DNA of 64,000 bases from Lama guanicoe (taxonomy: Eukaryota). The notes under the pieces were generated by a model that saw only the letters and a list, made by a program, of their open reading frames with translations, ran no database searches and was not told the DNA's origin. Shown here piece by piece: positions 11,700-24,440 of the stretch (positions within the stretch are counted from its first letter, which is position 1; the number at the start of each line of letters is the position of its first letter). A program made the position numbers and the translations under genes. The stretch spans positions 5,941,220-6,005,219 of the forward strand of contig MU054323.1 in the NCBI GenBank assembly GCA_013239625.1. Reading direction: 5' to 3'.

Positions 11700-14600
11700 A
11701 GGAGAGCTTGGCCGAGTGACACCTCAGGCCAGTAATTCTCAAAATTCTTGAAAACAGTTCCAGGTCATGGATGGAAGGCAATGTCAAGTTCCATATACTC
11801 TGTTCAGGGCCAGACAAGTTTATCATACATGTCACAAGTGATTTTTACTTTTTTAAATATCTTTTTTTTAATTAATTTTTGATGCTGAAAGTGACAAACG
11901 TCATTTCCCTGGAAAATGCACTCATTTGGGAGAAGTTCAGAGAGTGAGTGCTTTGACAGCCCACCAGCCTGAGCCTTCTGAGCAGGGGCTTCTGAGGCGC
12001 TGACGGGGGCTGCTGGTGAGTGAAGCAGCGGGCCGGGCCGTCTACTGCGGCGCTTCCTCTGCCGCTGCTCGCTGTGGGCCGGGCTGCTTCAGTCCTCCTC
12101 TGGCCACATAGTGAGAGGCCTGTGGTTGCAGGCAAGGACCCAACTGTGCTCCACTGGGCGGCAAAGACGAGCTTGGCCGGCCATGCCCTCTGAAGGCCCA
12201 GGGGCCATTAGTAGGGTCTCATCTGGGGAGCCGGGGGCCGGGAGGTGAGGGAGCCAGGCTCAGGGATTTCCCTGAAAGGGGGTCAAAGCGCCTGTTGCAG
12301 CTGGAACTGGATGGGGGACCAGCGTTGGCTGGGCCAGAACAAAGGGCTGGGTTGTGAATTTCATCTGGTCCTTGTGCAGGCTGGGCTTGCTGGGGCTCCC
12401 TGGGTGAGGCCTGCCCTTGGGCCAGCCAGGTAGCTGTGTCCCTGAGGGTCCCAGCCTGTGGTCTGGAGCCCTGGCCAATGGATGTGCTCCTGCCCCTCCC
12501 TCCCAAGCCCCCCAGCCTCCCCTGACGGTCTTGGTGACCTTATCTCCAACCACGTGGCCAACTGAAACCTCCAGGACACTGGGCAGCTTTGATCTGCCAA
12601 CCTGCCCCCAAGAGGCTGTCATTTTCAGAAGGTCCTTCTGCCTTTAATCTTCCCACAGGGAACAAACACCCTTAATGGGGCTCCTCCCTTCAGCTAGAAT
12701 GCTTTGTTTTCTGTCCCGTTGGCCTTTGACACACTACACTTGAAAATTTCTCTCCCTTGGAGCTGTAAGTGTTGTTCACCATTGTTTGCAAGTAGAGTCT
12801 GAGGCCCAGGCCCCGAGGGGAGACCTAGGGTTGAGAGCCCGTGATTCAGGGTATCAGAGGACCCTCACCTTGCCCTGAGCGTCACCCCAGCCCCAGCGAC
12901 CGCTTCCCCCTCACGTGGGTGTGTCTTGGCTGCCCTCATCCACACTCAGCCCTTACTGTGGACATTCGGTCAGGTTGTCTGGGTGCCTCTTGAGACAGCA
13001 GACACTGGTTTGGTGCCACTTTGCATGTCCTGCCCCACCCTACACCCCGAACAGGCTCTCAAAACCCCAGCCCGAATCTGTTACCTGGGCCCCACCGTCC
13101 AAAAGGAGTTCCCCCAAACAGCCCCTCCCCCAGAATCTCCCACAGACAGATCCCGGGAACAGAGGGAGGCCCCCACAGGACTAACCTGGGTGACGGGAAG
13201 GAGTATTTGCAAGAGCGGCACGCACGCCCTCCCCGACGTCGGCAGACGTGAGTGCATGCTGTGTCTGTAGCTGGGAAGAGGGGCCGGAGAAGGCCAGGGC
13301 GCCGGGGCTGGGATCTGCTTCTGGGTCTGCATTATAATCCCTTCCAGCCTTCCCCCGGAGAGGGGGCATCAGAAGACTCCCGACCCAGTTTGGGAAGAGC
13401 CTCTCAGCCCTCCGGGCCTCTGAAGAGGACGATCCGCCTGTCACTGCCAAGGCCAGGCAGCTCCCGGCCAAGCTGATTAGGTCAGTGTCCCCCACCTCCG
13501 CGCAGCCCAGCCGGGCAGCGACCACGGGGGCTGCACTCAGGTGTGAGCAACCGCTCCATCACAGCCTTGCGCCGGCTCGCGGAAGCGACGGGAGCATTTT
13601 GTGCGGCGAATCCCTGCAAGCCTTTCACCTCCTCTTTCAAGAAGAGGATGAGGAAACAAGCACATTTCCCTGGGAAGGGTGGGCGCTGTCCAGACATACT
13701 CCAGATGGGCATGATTCGGAGTCTTTCCTGCCGCTGGTGGTCCGTTTTCCGACAGACTGGGCAGCTGGCCTTGTTAACAGGTCGTTTGTTAGAAAACGGA
13801 GCTACCTCTCATGGTGCACTTGAAGGAATGGAAAAGCTCGCGCCCCGACCTTCCCGGCCTCGAGGTCAATATGGACGCATCGTCCTGGGTGCCTTTGTCA
13901 GGAGATTCTGCCTCCCTTCGTAAAATAAGAAGCAGACCCTCTAGCTCAGCGCTGAAGAGAGAGTCCCTGCCCCGGGAGGCACACACAGTAGGACCCTTCA
14001 GCCCCACCCTTATCCCCTGGGAGTCACTTGTCCCGCAAGCATCTCTGCCCCCTTGTCAGACAAGGACGCCAGTTACTCTGTTTATACCAGCCCGGACTAC
14101 ATGTGGGTGTTCAAGACCATTACGTCTTCTCTGTGGGCACTGAGATCGTGCTGGAACATTTAAAGGGGCTTTCCCAAGGGCCATGGGAGAGCAACAGGGA
14201 AGCAAGACGAAGAGTATCACATAGCTGGACCATCTGCCCACTCCCTCAGCACCTGCATCCTCCCCCCACCAGGAACCACCAGCTCCTCCTTTCCTGGGTC
14301 CAGTCTAGTGATGGACACCATCATCACTCCGGGAGCTCAAACCTGAGCAGCGACTCCTCAAAGGACCCTCAGGAGCAGGCGAGACAGAGGCAGAGCTCCC
14401 TCAAGGCCCTCCTTCTGCACCTGCCCCCGTGTGCCCTGTACCCCCAGCACCTGCGGGGAGGGGGCAGAAACCTCTCTTCAAGAGCTTCATGGGAGCCCCA
14501 GAGCAGGCTTTGGGGAAGGGAGGATGCTGAGTTTATGTCAGAGAAGCTTCCACACCCAAATCCTTTAGATTCTTTTTATATAATGCAGAAAAGCCGTGAC

Positions 14601-15359
14601 CGGAGTGTGAATGGGGCCAGCCCTGGAGTTCTGAGTCAAGTTGTGAAGGTGGCCTTTCCAGGTGGGGCTGCACGGGTGGGCTCGGCTGTCTGCACACATG
14701 TGTGCTCCCAGCCTTCTTGGTTCAGGGTCCAGGCCTGTGAGCACCACGAGTGTCTGGATCCTCTAATGTAAGGGGCCAGATAATAGCCGAGACTTGAAGA
14801 AGGCTTACAGTGGGGAAGAAATAACCCATGTGGGAGGGGTGCCCCTCTCAGAGGGCTGTTTTGTATGTTCTGGCCCACCGGAGAATAGGCTTGCACAGTC
14901 CTCATCTCCACCACGGCTGGCTCGCCGGAGCAGGGTGACGCTGGGACACACGTCCTCCTTTCCTGCTCCCCAACCTTAACAGCAGCAACAGGAACAGCTC
15001 ACTTTGGGGGATCTGATGTAACCAGGGACTCAGCTTTTGGACTTTGCAGAGCCTCTGGGAAGAGGTTGTATTTTTAAGACTAGTTTTTAGCAGTAGCTCT
15101 GAGTGTGTCTTTACCTGCCTCGATTCTATAAGCCCAGACTGAAGACCCAGGGCTGCATCTCTGTGGGCAGTTTAGAGAAGCTGGCCTGACTCAGGCCCGG
15201 CCTTTGGAAATTTACCCAGAGCAGCATTCTTGTTCCTGCGGTGCCGTCTTTCCTTCTGTCCATCAGTTCATCAGGCTTCTACTCTCAGCCCCCCAGCAGG
15301 GGTCTGGACAGAGCCCCTGAGGCCTGGTGCTGAGCACAGGAGGGACCAGGCAGGTGGCA

Positions 15360-15891
15360 TCTGTCCTGGCCACAGTTGTTGTGTGACAAACCACCCCCAG
15401 ACCTTGAGGTATAAACAGGCTTTTTGTCTTGCCCACAGAGTTTGTGGGTCAGGACTTCAGACAGGGCACGGCAGGGAGAGTCTGTCACTGAAATGTCTAG
15501 GACCTCGGCTGGGAATGCTCCCTGGCTGGGTGGTTCCACTGCAGCCCTGGGATCACCCAGAGACACCTTTCTCATGGGGCTGGCTGCCCAACGGCCTCTG
15601 CTGGGGCTGTCTGCTGAGACAGCTGTGTGTGACCCCTCATCTCGCCTGGACTTTCTCAGAGTGTGGTGGCCCGGGGGGTGGCCTTCTTACCTGGAAGACC
15701 AGGGCTGGGGAAACGGGGGTGCGTCCCTTTGATGACGTAGCCTCTGAAGGCATGCCTTGTCACTTCTGCTCCATTCTGTCGGTTACAAGGGAATCACAAG
15801 TCCACTGGGACTTCAGAGGAGGGAAGTTAGACTCTGCCTCTCAATGGGGGAGGCTGGAGGTTCTAGAAGAGCATGAGATATAGTCCACCAC
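15360..15891 (-). mobile_element. MLT1F/G/H-like ERVL-MaLR solo LTR
   Basis: tgtgtgacaaaccacccccagac, gcccacagagtttgtgggtcaggacttcagacagggcac, gtcacttctgctccattctgtcgg, gaggagggaagttagactctgcctctcaatgggg, ending ccaccaca. Confidence 0.8.
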
Positions 15892-16104
15892 AGCATCTCT
15901 GCAGGTCCCTCCATTTTGCACATAAAACCCACAGCCTTGACAAGGTGCTTGTGAGTCTGTTCTGAGCAAATTCCTCGGGCCTGACCAGATTTGGGTTTCC
16001 CACCTTGGTCTCCTAGGGCTTGTGATTTAACACAAGCAACTCTGCAAGCAGGTTCCCAGGGACAATGATTTTTTGGGGGGGGAGGGTGGCGTTTAACATA
16101 AAGC

Positions 16105-16260
16105 ACAGCTTCCATGTAGTGGTGAAGGCAGAGACTGGAACTAGACTGCTGGTTCCAGGGCTGGCTCTGTCACTTGCTGTGTGACCTTGGGCAAGTTCCT
16201 TAAGATGTCTGTGCCATTGTTCCCTCATCTATAAAATAAGGATGATGAAAACAGTACCTT
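16105..16260 (+). mobile_element. MIR, 5' part (interrupted by MLT1A)
   Basis: ggctctgtcacttgctgtgtgaccttgggcaagtt...ttccctcatctataaaataaggatgatgaaaacagtacct is the MIR core. Confidence 0.85.
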
Positions 16261-16261
16261 C

Positions 16262-16623
16262 TGCATTAGGTCAGGCTGCCAGGACAAAATGCCGTAGACT
16301 GGGTGGTTAAACAAGAGAAATTTATTTTCTCACAGTTCCACAGGCTGGAAGTCCAAGATCAAGATGCCAGCCTGGTCATTTTCTGGAAAGACTCTCTTCT
16401 TGGCTCAGAGATGGGAGCCTTCTCACTTTGTCCTCACACGGCAGCCTCATGTGGCTGTCCGTTGTCTCTTTTTATAAGGACACTAACCCGATCATCTCAC
16501 TCCATGAGGCTCTACCCTCATGGCTTCATCTAAACCTAATCGCCTCCCAAAGGCGCCACTGCCAAATATAATCACACTGGGGGTTACCCATGAATTTGAG
16601 GGGAACCCAGTTCAGTGCACTGA
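16262..16623 (-). mobile_element. MLT1A-like solo LTR nested in MIR
   Basis: agactgggtggttaaacaagagaaatttattttctcacagttccacaggctggaagtccaagatcaag...ttttataaggacactaa...cctcccaaaggcgccac...atgaatttgagggga. Confidence 0.88.
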
Positions 16624-16624
16624 A

Positions 16625-16720
16625 AGCCCCTCCTTGTAGGGCTTCCACGAGGGGTAAAGGAGTCACTGTTTGGGACATGCCCGGAATGGTGCTTGGCCTA
16701 TGGTAACCATTACAAAAGAA
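16625..16720 (+). mobile_element. MIR, 3' part
   Basis: cctccttgtagggcttccacgaggggtaaaggag...atggtgcttggcctatggtaa continues the MIR consensus (cctcatagggttgttgtgaggattaaatgag...agtgcctggcacatagtaa). Confidence 0.6.
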
Positions 16721-18582
16721 AATGAAAAAAGAAAAGAGCCCAGGGCAGGAAGCAGCTACTCTGTGTGTCCGGGAGGACTGTGGCTTGTGGAGTCCTAGTG
16801 ACATGGGGTAATTTCTGCCTGTGTGTTGCTAGGACTCACATCTTTGATGAGAATGACAGATCACACCCACGTGGGCTGGGAAGTGCCGTGGGGGGCACTG
16901 GGCCGGCCGCCGAGCCCCGGGTCTTGCGTGGAACTGCAGTGTGGAGATTTCACCTTCCTTCATCTTTGTGTGTGTGTCTAGTTTTTTTTTAAGTTAATAA
17001 CTTATTCTTGTCCATGGTTTGGGGAGAGTGGGGGAAAGGAGTTGAAGATAGCTGTAATTAAATATTGCCACTCCCTCCTCCTTAAGGTCATTTACAGTCA
17101 ATAAGGGGGAGGGAGGAGAAATATCTCTTCAGAAGGCCTTGCAAATGAAAAAAAAATGAATGACTGAATGCAAAATGTTTTTATCTAGCCCACATCCTTC
17201 ATGGGGTTGTGATTTAGTATGTGCACAGAGCTTTATAGAAATACAGAGCAGCTGGGGAAAAAGTCTCAGCCCTGAGAATCTTATAGTATTAAAACTTGAG
17301 TAATCCCACACAAGAGAAAAATACAGCAAAGCCTGAGCTTGGCCCCGGCAGACCGGTGTGCTCCGCCCCTGCGACCCGGGGGCTGCGGGACGTCCCCGGA
17401 GAGCCCCAGCACAGACTGCCTTTGACAGCTGAATTTTATTAACTGTTTTTTCATTACTCCTGATGGGCCTGGCAATGAACTCTTATCAGTGTATTGTGGC
17501 GAGTACAAGTCAATTAATTTCTTTTAAATAACTTCAACTGAAATCCTATTTGATTCATATTCCAAAAATGATTTCTATTCCACTCCTTCCCGAGATTATA
17601 GTCCCGGCTGAGTTAATCACACTGGCTGCACAGTCACCCATACCCCAGGGAGAAAACGGGATCAAGGAGAGGAGGAAATGAGAAGAGGGTGGATCTGAGA
17701 GCATTCTAAAGACCCTTTATTCAGTGTGAGGCCATGTGCTCCGTGCCAGGAGAGCCCATTTAAATCTTGCCTGCAGAAAGGCTTATTTCTAGTCGTTGTG
17801 GCAAGGGATGAATTGAGAAACACACAAGATGTCCAGAAGGGGGAGGCGTTTTTGCCAAGGAGTGTGACCGGTGGCCACTGCGGCTGCTGAGGCTTGGGGG
17901 CAAACCACCCCCTCGTTGGGCACACAGTTTACTGTAAGTTCCTGGGGCCAATGTCCCAGGAGCCCCTCCCTTAGCTCGGCCCCGACTGTGAGCACCTGAG
18001 CTTTATTTACATGGGCTGCTGGCTGGGGCCACCCCAGGCTTGGTGCGGGTGACAGTGAGCTGTCACCGTGAGCAGAGCTCCAACAGGCTTTGCTGCCAGT
18101 CTGCCCATCTCCCAGACAGAGGCGCCACCTTCCCAAGGGTCTCCCCCGTTTGTCACCAGCCAGCCCTTCCAGGTGATAATGCCAGGCTTGTCTGGGAGGC
18201 AAGGAGAGCAGGAACACCGTGTCGGAGGAAGTGGCATGAGTTGGGTGGCATCTGGCTCCAGAGAGCAGAGCTTAGCGCGCGTTTGGTGTGACAGCAACAA
18301 GAGGAGCTCTGGGGGAGGGTGGCCCCCCTCCTCCTCCTCTGGGAGTAGTGCTGTGGCCGAATCCCAAGGCCGGGCAGGCGTGGGGCTGGTGAGAGATGCC
18401 TTCCCAAGCTGTCTTCTGTCCTGACGCCAGGCTGCTGAGTTGGGCCTGGCAGACTGTCAGGCAACAACAGGTCACCGCCCTGGGGTAGGAATACCCGGCG
18501 AAGAATTGCAGGGCTGTTCAAAAGTTTGGGAAAGATGAGTTTGGACAAAAAAGTGTATTTGCAAAATACCTGCTATGGATGC

Positions 18583-18966
18583 CGTGTTCATTTGCTAGGG
18601 CGACCTGAACAAAGAAGCACAGACTGGAGGGCTTACACAGAATCCTACGTTCTCACAGCTCTGGAGGCTGGAAGCCTGAGATCGGGATGTCTGCAGGGTT
18701 GGTGTGGGGAAGGCCTGCTCCAGGCCTCTCTCCGTGGCTCAGAGATGGCCGTCTTCTCCCTGTGTCTGCACGCCGTCTTCCCTTCGTGGCTGTCTGTGTC
18801 CAGATCTCCTCTTCTCATAAGGACACCAGTCCTGTTGGATTAGGACCCACCCTAATGACCTCATTTTAATTTAATTACCTTTGTAAAAACCCTATCTGTA
18901 AATAGGGTCATATTCTGGGTCACATTCAGTGTACTAATTCAGGGAGGACACAATTCAGCCCATACA
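18583..18966 (-). mobile_element. MLT1B/C-like solo LTR
   Basis: tttgctagggc...ttctcacagctctggaggctggaagcctgagatc...tctcctcttctcataaggacaccagtc...ggattaggacccaccctaatgacctcattttaa...ggacacaattcagcccataca. Near-identical 5-bp flanks gatgc/gatcc. Confidence 0.9.
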
Positions 18967-18992
18967 GATCCTGTCCTGGGGAAGCAAGATAG

Positions 18993-19175
18993 CAGTGTTT
19001 CCCACACTGCAAACCTGACAGCCAGCATCAAGCACCTAGGACACTTGATAAAAAATGTGAGTTCCTGAACCTCACGCCAGATCCACTGAATCAGAATCTC
19101 TAGTGGTGTGGCTCAGGATTTGGTATTAAAATAAACTAAATCAGCTCCCCAGGTGATTCTGGTCCCCTCTGAAGT
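18993..19175. mobile_element. MER5A/B (hAT-Charlie)
   Basis: cagtgtttccca...cctcacgccagatccactgaatcagaatctctagtggtgtggctcagga...agctccccaggtgattctg. Confidence 0.8.
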
Positions 19176-19180
19176 TCAGC

Positions 19181-19183
19181 TGT

Positions 19184-19216
<33 letters not shown>
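19181..19216. repeat. (TG)n microsatellite
   Basis: Direct reading; one TA interruption. Confidence 0.97.
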
Positions 19217-19219
<3 letters not shown>

Positions 19220-19974
19220 GAAGGGAAGGGTGGCCCTGAGGATGACACAGCTCACCTTCAAGGAGCTCCCTCGCCAAAGAAACAAGACCTATTTGAAATA
19301 ATCAGAGAAAATAAAATGCAATATACTTGTAATCAAGTGGCCAATTGAACAGCACAGACCAAAGTGTCGGGGTGACTTGGAGAAGGCAGGAAGTTCCCCC
19401 AAACTGAGGAGAGTCGGGAAGCAGTCCCAGAGGGTGGTGGTTCTCACATCTTCCTCCACACAGAAACAATTCAAGTCTGAGGATCAGAAATATGAAAGGG
19501 CAAGGATACTGGAAGATGTGAGGATCTGTATCAAAACAAACCTCACTGTTAAGCATATGCTTGAGCCGTGTATCACTTTTGTCTTTATCAAAAAGCAAAT
19601 TTGGTGTGTTTTCGGGAATTCCTGTTTGCGGTCTTGGGTAGTGATATCCGTGCCCGACACATCAACACTCAGCAGAGATCTGCTAACTTCAAGGCTTGGG
19701 GTGTTCTGTATGGTTTGTGGCTGGGGCAGCTTCGTCTCTCTGGAGGGAGGTATGTGGCTGGCGGGGAGGCTCAGCGGGTGAACACCAGACAGGATGGGCT
19801 TGGTGCTTCTGATTCCAGCAGATGGGTGTTGATGTGGTTGCTTTAAGTGACATTCATCCTATCTTCCTGCCTGTGAACTGATCCCAGCCAACGAGCAGTT
19901 GACAGTAGAACTATGTCAGGCCTCTCAGCGGAAAAAACATGCCTGGAAGTGACAGGAAGCACAGTGAGTCCTGT

Positions 19975-20175
19975 GGGCTTGGAACTGTGTTCACACTTAC
20001 CGGCTGGGTCCCCTGGTAGGTCACCCTCCTCCCTGTGCCTCAGATTCCTTGTCGGGAAGATCAGGGGAATAATACTACCTCTGCCATAGTTCTGTGGTGA
20101 GCGTTAAATAGATTAATTACAAAAGGAGTTTCGAATAGTGCCTGGAATATATGTATGCAATAAATGTTAGCAATC
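19975..20175 (+). mobile_element. MIR
   Basis: ctgtgcctcagattcctt...gggaataatactacct...gtgagcgttaaatag...aatagtgcctggaatatatgtatgcaataaatgttagc. Confidence 0.8.
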
Positions 20176-20417
20176 AATATATTTTTTTCCACCTGGGTGA
20201 GTGATGTTCTGAGATTTCCTTCAAACAAGATATCATGGTTGTTCTCTAGGGACTGGCTACTCACTAACAAATCCATTTCCTTATCGTGATCTATATAGCT
20301 CAGTGATTTTTCTGCTCTCTGCTCCAAGCTAAAGCAAGAGAGCTTCGCCCCCCTGGAGTGAAATGAAGCATCAGCCAGTGCAGGTCTCAGCCTTCCTGCA
20401 AGGGGCAGGGCCATGGG

Positions 20418-20419
<2 letters not shown>

Positions 20420-20453
<34 letters not shown>
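20420..20453. repeat. (GT)17 microsatellite
   Basis: Direct reading. Confidence 0.97.
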
Positions 20454-20455
<2 letters not shown>

Positions 20456-21559
20456 ACATGTGTGCACATACTCCTTCGATCCCAAGGTAGTTGTGTGTTG
20501 GTTAATATTCCAGTTCCTGGAGATTCTAGGAACAAGCATCCTGCTCAGATGGCTTTTCTGTCCATGCAGTGGGGGCTCTGCTTCCTGTGAGGCAGTGGTC
20601 CTGATGCACACTGTTCACTCTCAGTTTCCCTTAGAACCAAGTCCCTGTGCGTGGGCCATGGGTAGGGCCAAGGTGGCTCACTGCAGTCTCCTACCACTCA
20701 CCCTTGGGGGCTCCACATGTGATGGTCCCCATGTGGGCAGAGGGCAGCTACAAGAGCACAATACTTCTCCAAGGGTCTCCCTGGGACACTGTGTGGGGCG
20801 AGTTCTTCCCTGTGCCTGTGCTTTAAAGTCATGGTGAAATACTGAATTCAAGGAGAAGGAGGAAAGAGGCAGAATCGTTGACTACTACTCGTGGATTAAT
20901 TCTCTAATACAATTTTTTTTGCAAACAGTCTTACAGAAGCCCACTAGAGACAATAAAAGCAGAGCTCCCTGGTTAAAGTGGGGGTGCCCTCCTTCCAGAG
21001 CCCCTGAAGATCCCACATGGAATCCTAGGATGTCTCCGAACCCAGATGGAAAACTCCTGCTCCATCTGGGCACCCTCCTCGCTTTCTAAGCCCATCCCCT
21101 GCTGCTGGCCTCTGTTCCTTGACAGTGTCCACAGCACCTTCCCTGCAGCATGGACAGGACAGAGTCCAGGAGAGAAGGGACCACTCTGTCCAGAACAAGG
21201 CCAATGTCCTAGTGGATCCTCACTGCAGACCTCTTGGCTCAAATATGCCGTTTGAACTTGACTTTTCTGCCCTCTCCCAGTATCTGACTACCAGTGCTAA
21301 ATGAGGCCTGAGCGGGGAAGATGAACAGCCTGATGTGTTAATCCGGACTGTCCCTTGTCACAGTCTGGCTGCTAGTCTCCTCCTCCCTCCCACGTCACTC
21401 AGGGGACAGGAGGACGGCGGGAGGGGTTGGAAGTGCTGGGTATCAGGAAATGAGAAGGCAAGGCCCACTACTAGGAATGTATGGGCTTTGGCAGGGGAGA
21501 CGTAAACTCCAAATGGCCCTGTCTTTAGACTTTCGCATCAGCCTACAGCTACCCCAATT

Positions 21560-21900
21560 TTTCTATTATTATTATTTTAACACAACATTGGCCCTATTTT
21601 TAAAATCTGCTGCGCTTGAGCAATTTTTTCTGACGTCAGCTGGCTGCCGGCAACTCTGCTTGAAAACAAGAATAACCAAATCTTCTAAGAAGTAATGCCG
21701 AACCTGCTTCAAACGCAATAAATCACAAAAACCATTGTTTACGATAAGTGGTATCTGATTGCTGTTAGAACCTGTGTTTATTGCTTTTGTGCATTATGGT
21801 CTCTTGTAATTTGGACAGCCAGAAATTGTATTCCTTTATGCAGCGCGTAGGAAGGGTTTGTAAGGAGTGAGGCATCTGTAATTATGCTGCCAGGGAGTGG
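21560..21900. promoter_or_regulatory. Candidate enhancer (dense TF motif cluster in unique sequence)
   Basis: MEF2-type CTATTTTTAA (21594-21603), palindromic CRE TGACGTCA (21631-21638), PBX-HOX-type ATAAATCA (21718-21725), and overlapping SOX CATTGT / FOX TGTTTAC / TTTACGA / GATAAG (21733-21748). Confidence 0.45.
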
Positions 21901-22639
21901 GGTTGGGGAGCCTCAGAGGAGCATGAAATGCAATCGCCTGTTTTTCATCTAAGGAGCTGTTGGTGCACCATGCTTCCCACTTCTCCAGCTCTTGGAATCT
22001 TCCAGGCTCCTTCAGAGACCTAAGCAGAGGGACACAAGCAGCAGGGACCTTGTAGCCACAGTGCCCAGGATCAGAGAGCCCTTAAGTGGCCTCCAGGAGC
22101 AGAACGTGGGGTGGGTGGGCAGCCACAGCCCCACAGGAAGCTGGACAGATGGTTTTCCCTGGAAGTTGCCTTAAACGCCCCTGCAGATTTCTTCCCTCAG
22201 TCTCGCCCATCCTGACAAGTGCCCACTCGGCTTCGTCAGCGAGGGCTGACAGCGGGGTCCAAGGACAGTCGACGGCAGAATTCCTGGCGCCTCTGCCTGC
22301 AAAATCGGAAAAGAAGCTACTTGGCTATGGAGGCTGGATCTTGACACACAAGATGTGCAGCCCCTGTCAGCCAGTGGGTCACGTGTCTCTTGATTTCTTT
22401 GAGGAACTGTGGGAAGAGAGGCTGTGTCTGGGGCTTGGTGGGTGGGCTCTCTTTCTCCTAATCCAAACATCTGGACCCGGAAGTGGGCTGCTTTTCTTCT
22501 TCATTGGAATAGACAGGCTCCTTCTGTCCTCACGGCATTTGCTCTGTTGGCTCCCCCACCCGCAAGGCTCCTTCCTGCCCACCTCACCTGCATAGAACCC
22601 GCCCAGCCTTCACGTTCCTCCACTTCCATCAGAGTCTCC

Positions 22640-23315
22640 CCTGAGCTTGTTCCTCCTCCAATATTCACAATCTCAGTAGAATTTCACCACCATCCCCCAG
22701 CCTCTTAAGCCTAAAAACTGGGATTCATCCCAGACACCTCTTCTCCCCTCCATACCAGTGCTAGCTCGGCACACACAGGGCTCTCCTGAATGAGCTCAGT
22801 AGCCGGTCAATTGCCAAGTCTTAACCAACATCGCCTCCTGGCTATTTCTCCACATTGTCTCTCTTCCAAGGACCCTCAGCAGGAGCCTCGCCAGCCAGGC
22901 GCTCCATGACCTAGTTGGGGTTTGGGGTCACGTCTTGGTCTCTGCCCCCGCAGCCAGACATGCTCCATTTACCCCAAGCCCCGCTCTGCTCCTGACCACC
23001 CTACGCAGCCTCCTACATCCGGTTTCATTGGTAAGGAGGTTTTCTCTGCCTCAGATGTCCTTGTCTCCCTCCTCACCTGGCTTCCCTCCTTTGGAGACGG
23101 CTCCAGCATCATCTCCTCTGGGAAGCCTTTTCCAGCCATGCCTGTGGGCTTTTGGAGCCCATCAGATCTTTGTGTTTTCCTCTGCGATAACTCTTATCAC
23201 AATGATAATAAACTATGAATGTCTCCCCTTAAAGGCAGAAACACAGCATTATCCGTCTTACTGTCCCAGTGCCCGGCACATCTGGCCTATAGAAGGGGTT
23301 CCGTACATGTCGATC
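22640..23315 (+). mobile_element. Fragmented L2
   Basis: atctcagtagaatttcaccaccatccccc...aaaactgggattcatcccagacacctcttctcc; catctcctctgggaagccttttcc; aaggcagaaacac...tcccagtgcccggcaca. Confidence 0.6.
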
Positions 23316-23808
23316 TACATTGAACTTGCACTGAAGCTCAAGGAGCACATGGAGGGCAGAGAGCTCATTAAGCCCTGATGGTACATGACTGCATGTTACA
23401 GCAAGTTCATGGATGAACTTGAGCCACACCCCTACACAGCTGGGGACAGGTCCTTGCACAGCCCGTGAGTCTGGCGCCAGGCCAACCTGTCTCCCTTGAG
23501 GGCCTGGCACTCACTCCAGGCAGGGACTCGGCCTGAGGAGTTGCAGCCCTGGCAGTGTCTGCACACAGAGCAGATGTTCCTCCTGGAGGCTCCATGAGTG
23601 AGCCCATGAGCAAGCTCGGGGGTGGCCTAGCCTCACGTGGGGATTGATGCTTATCCCCTGCAGAGGATGGGACTGTCGAGCATGCTTTATTGAAGAAGTA
23701 AATGATCAATTGCAGTTCTCACACTATGAACTCTGGTCTGATTGCCCAAGCCCTGGCCTTAATAGACACGGAGCTGGACAACAGGGTCCCCCCCATCACC
23801 CCTAATGC

Positions 23809-24183
23809 TTTTATTTTTTAAATTCTTATTGAAGTATATTGATGTACAATATTATATATGTTACTAGTGTACAGTACAGTGATTCACAATTTTTAAAGGT
23901 TATACTCCATTTATAGTCATTATAAAATATTGGCTATATTCCCCGTGTTGAACAACATAGCCTTGTAGCTGATTTATGTTCTACATAGTAGTTTGTACCT
24001 CTTAATCCTCTACCCCTATATTGCCTCTGCCCCCCCATTGGTAGCCACTAGTTTGTTCTCTAAATCTGTCAGTCTGCTTCTTTTTTGTTATATTCACTAG
24101 TTTGTTGCATTTTTTAAGATTCCACATATAAGGGACATCACATAGTATTTGTCTTTCTCTATCTTAGTTCACTTAACACAACT
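23809..24183 (-). mobile_element. 5'-truncated L1 3'UTR, same family as 3162-3366
   Basis: ttttattttttaaattcttattgaagtatattgat...aaaggttatactccatttatagtcattataaaatattggctatattccccgt...agattccacatataag...tagtatttgtctttctct. Confidence 0.9.
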
Positions 24184-24438
24184 CCGAGGCGCCTAAATCT
24201 GAGCTTCAGGGTAACGTATGGATCCCTCCTGCCCTGTCCAGCCTGGTAGCAGAGCAGTAGAGGAAGTGGGAAGAGAAGGCAGGACCCACTTCCAGGAGAT
24301 CCTCATCTCTGGGGCTGTGGGCTTGCTGGCCAACTGGGAGCCACTGGTCACACAACACCTTCCACGCAGCGCAGTAAGTGCACTTAACAGGCCCAAGTGT
24401 CAGCTTCCAGGTTCACTGATTTCAACGTCTCCCCTTAG

Positions 24439-24440
<2 letters not shown>

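Noticed and set aside
14028..14771. 247-aa ORF
   Set aside because: No recognisable homology or exon boundaries; near-cognate start.
15230..15883. 217-aa ORF
   Set aside because: Lies almost entirely within an MLT1 LTR.
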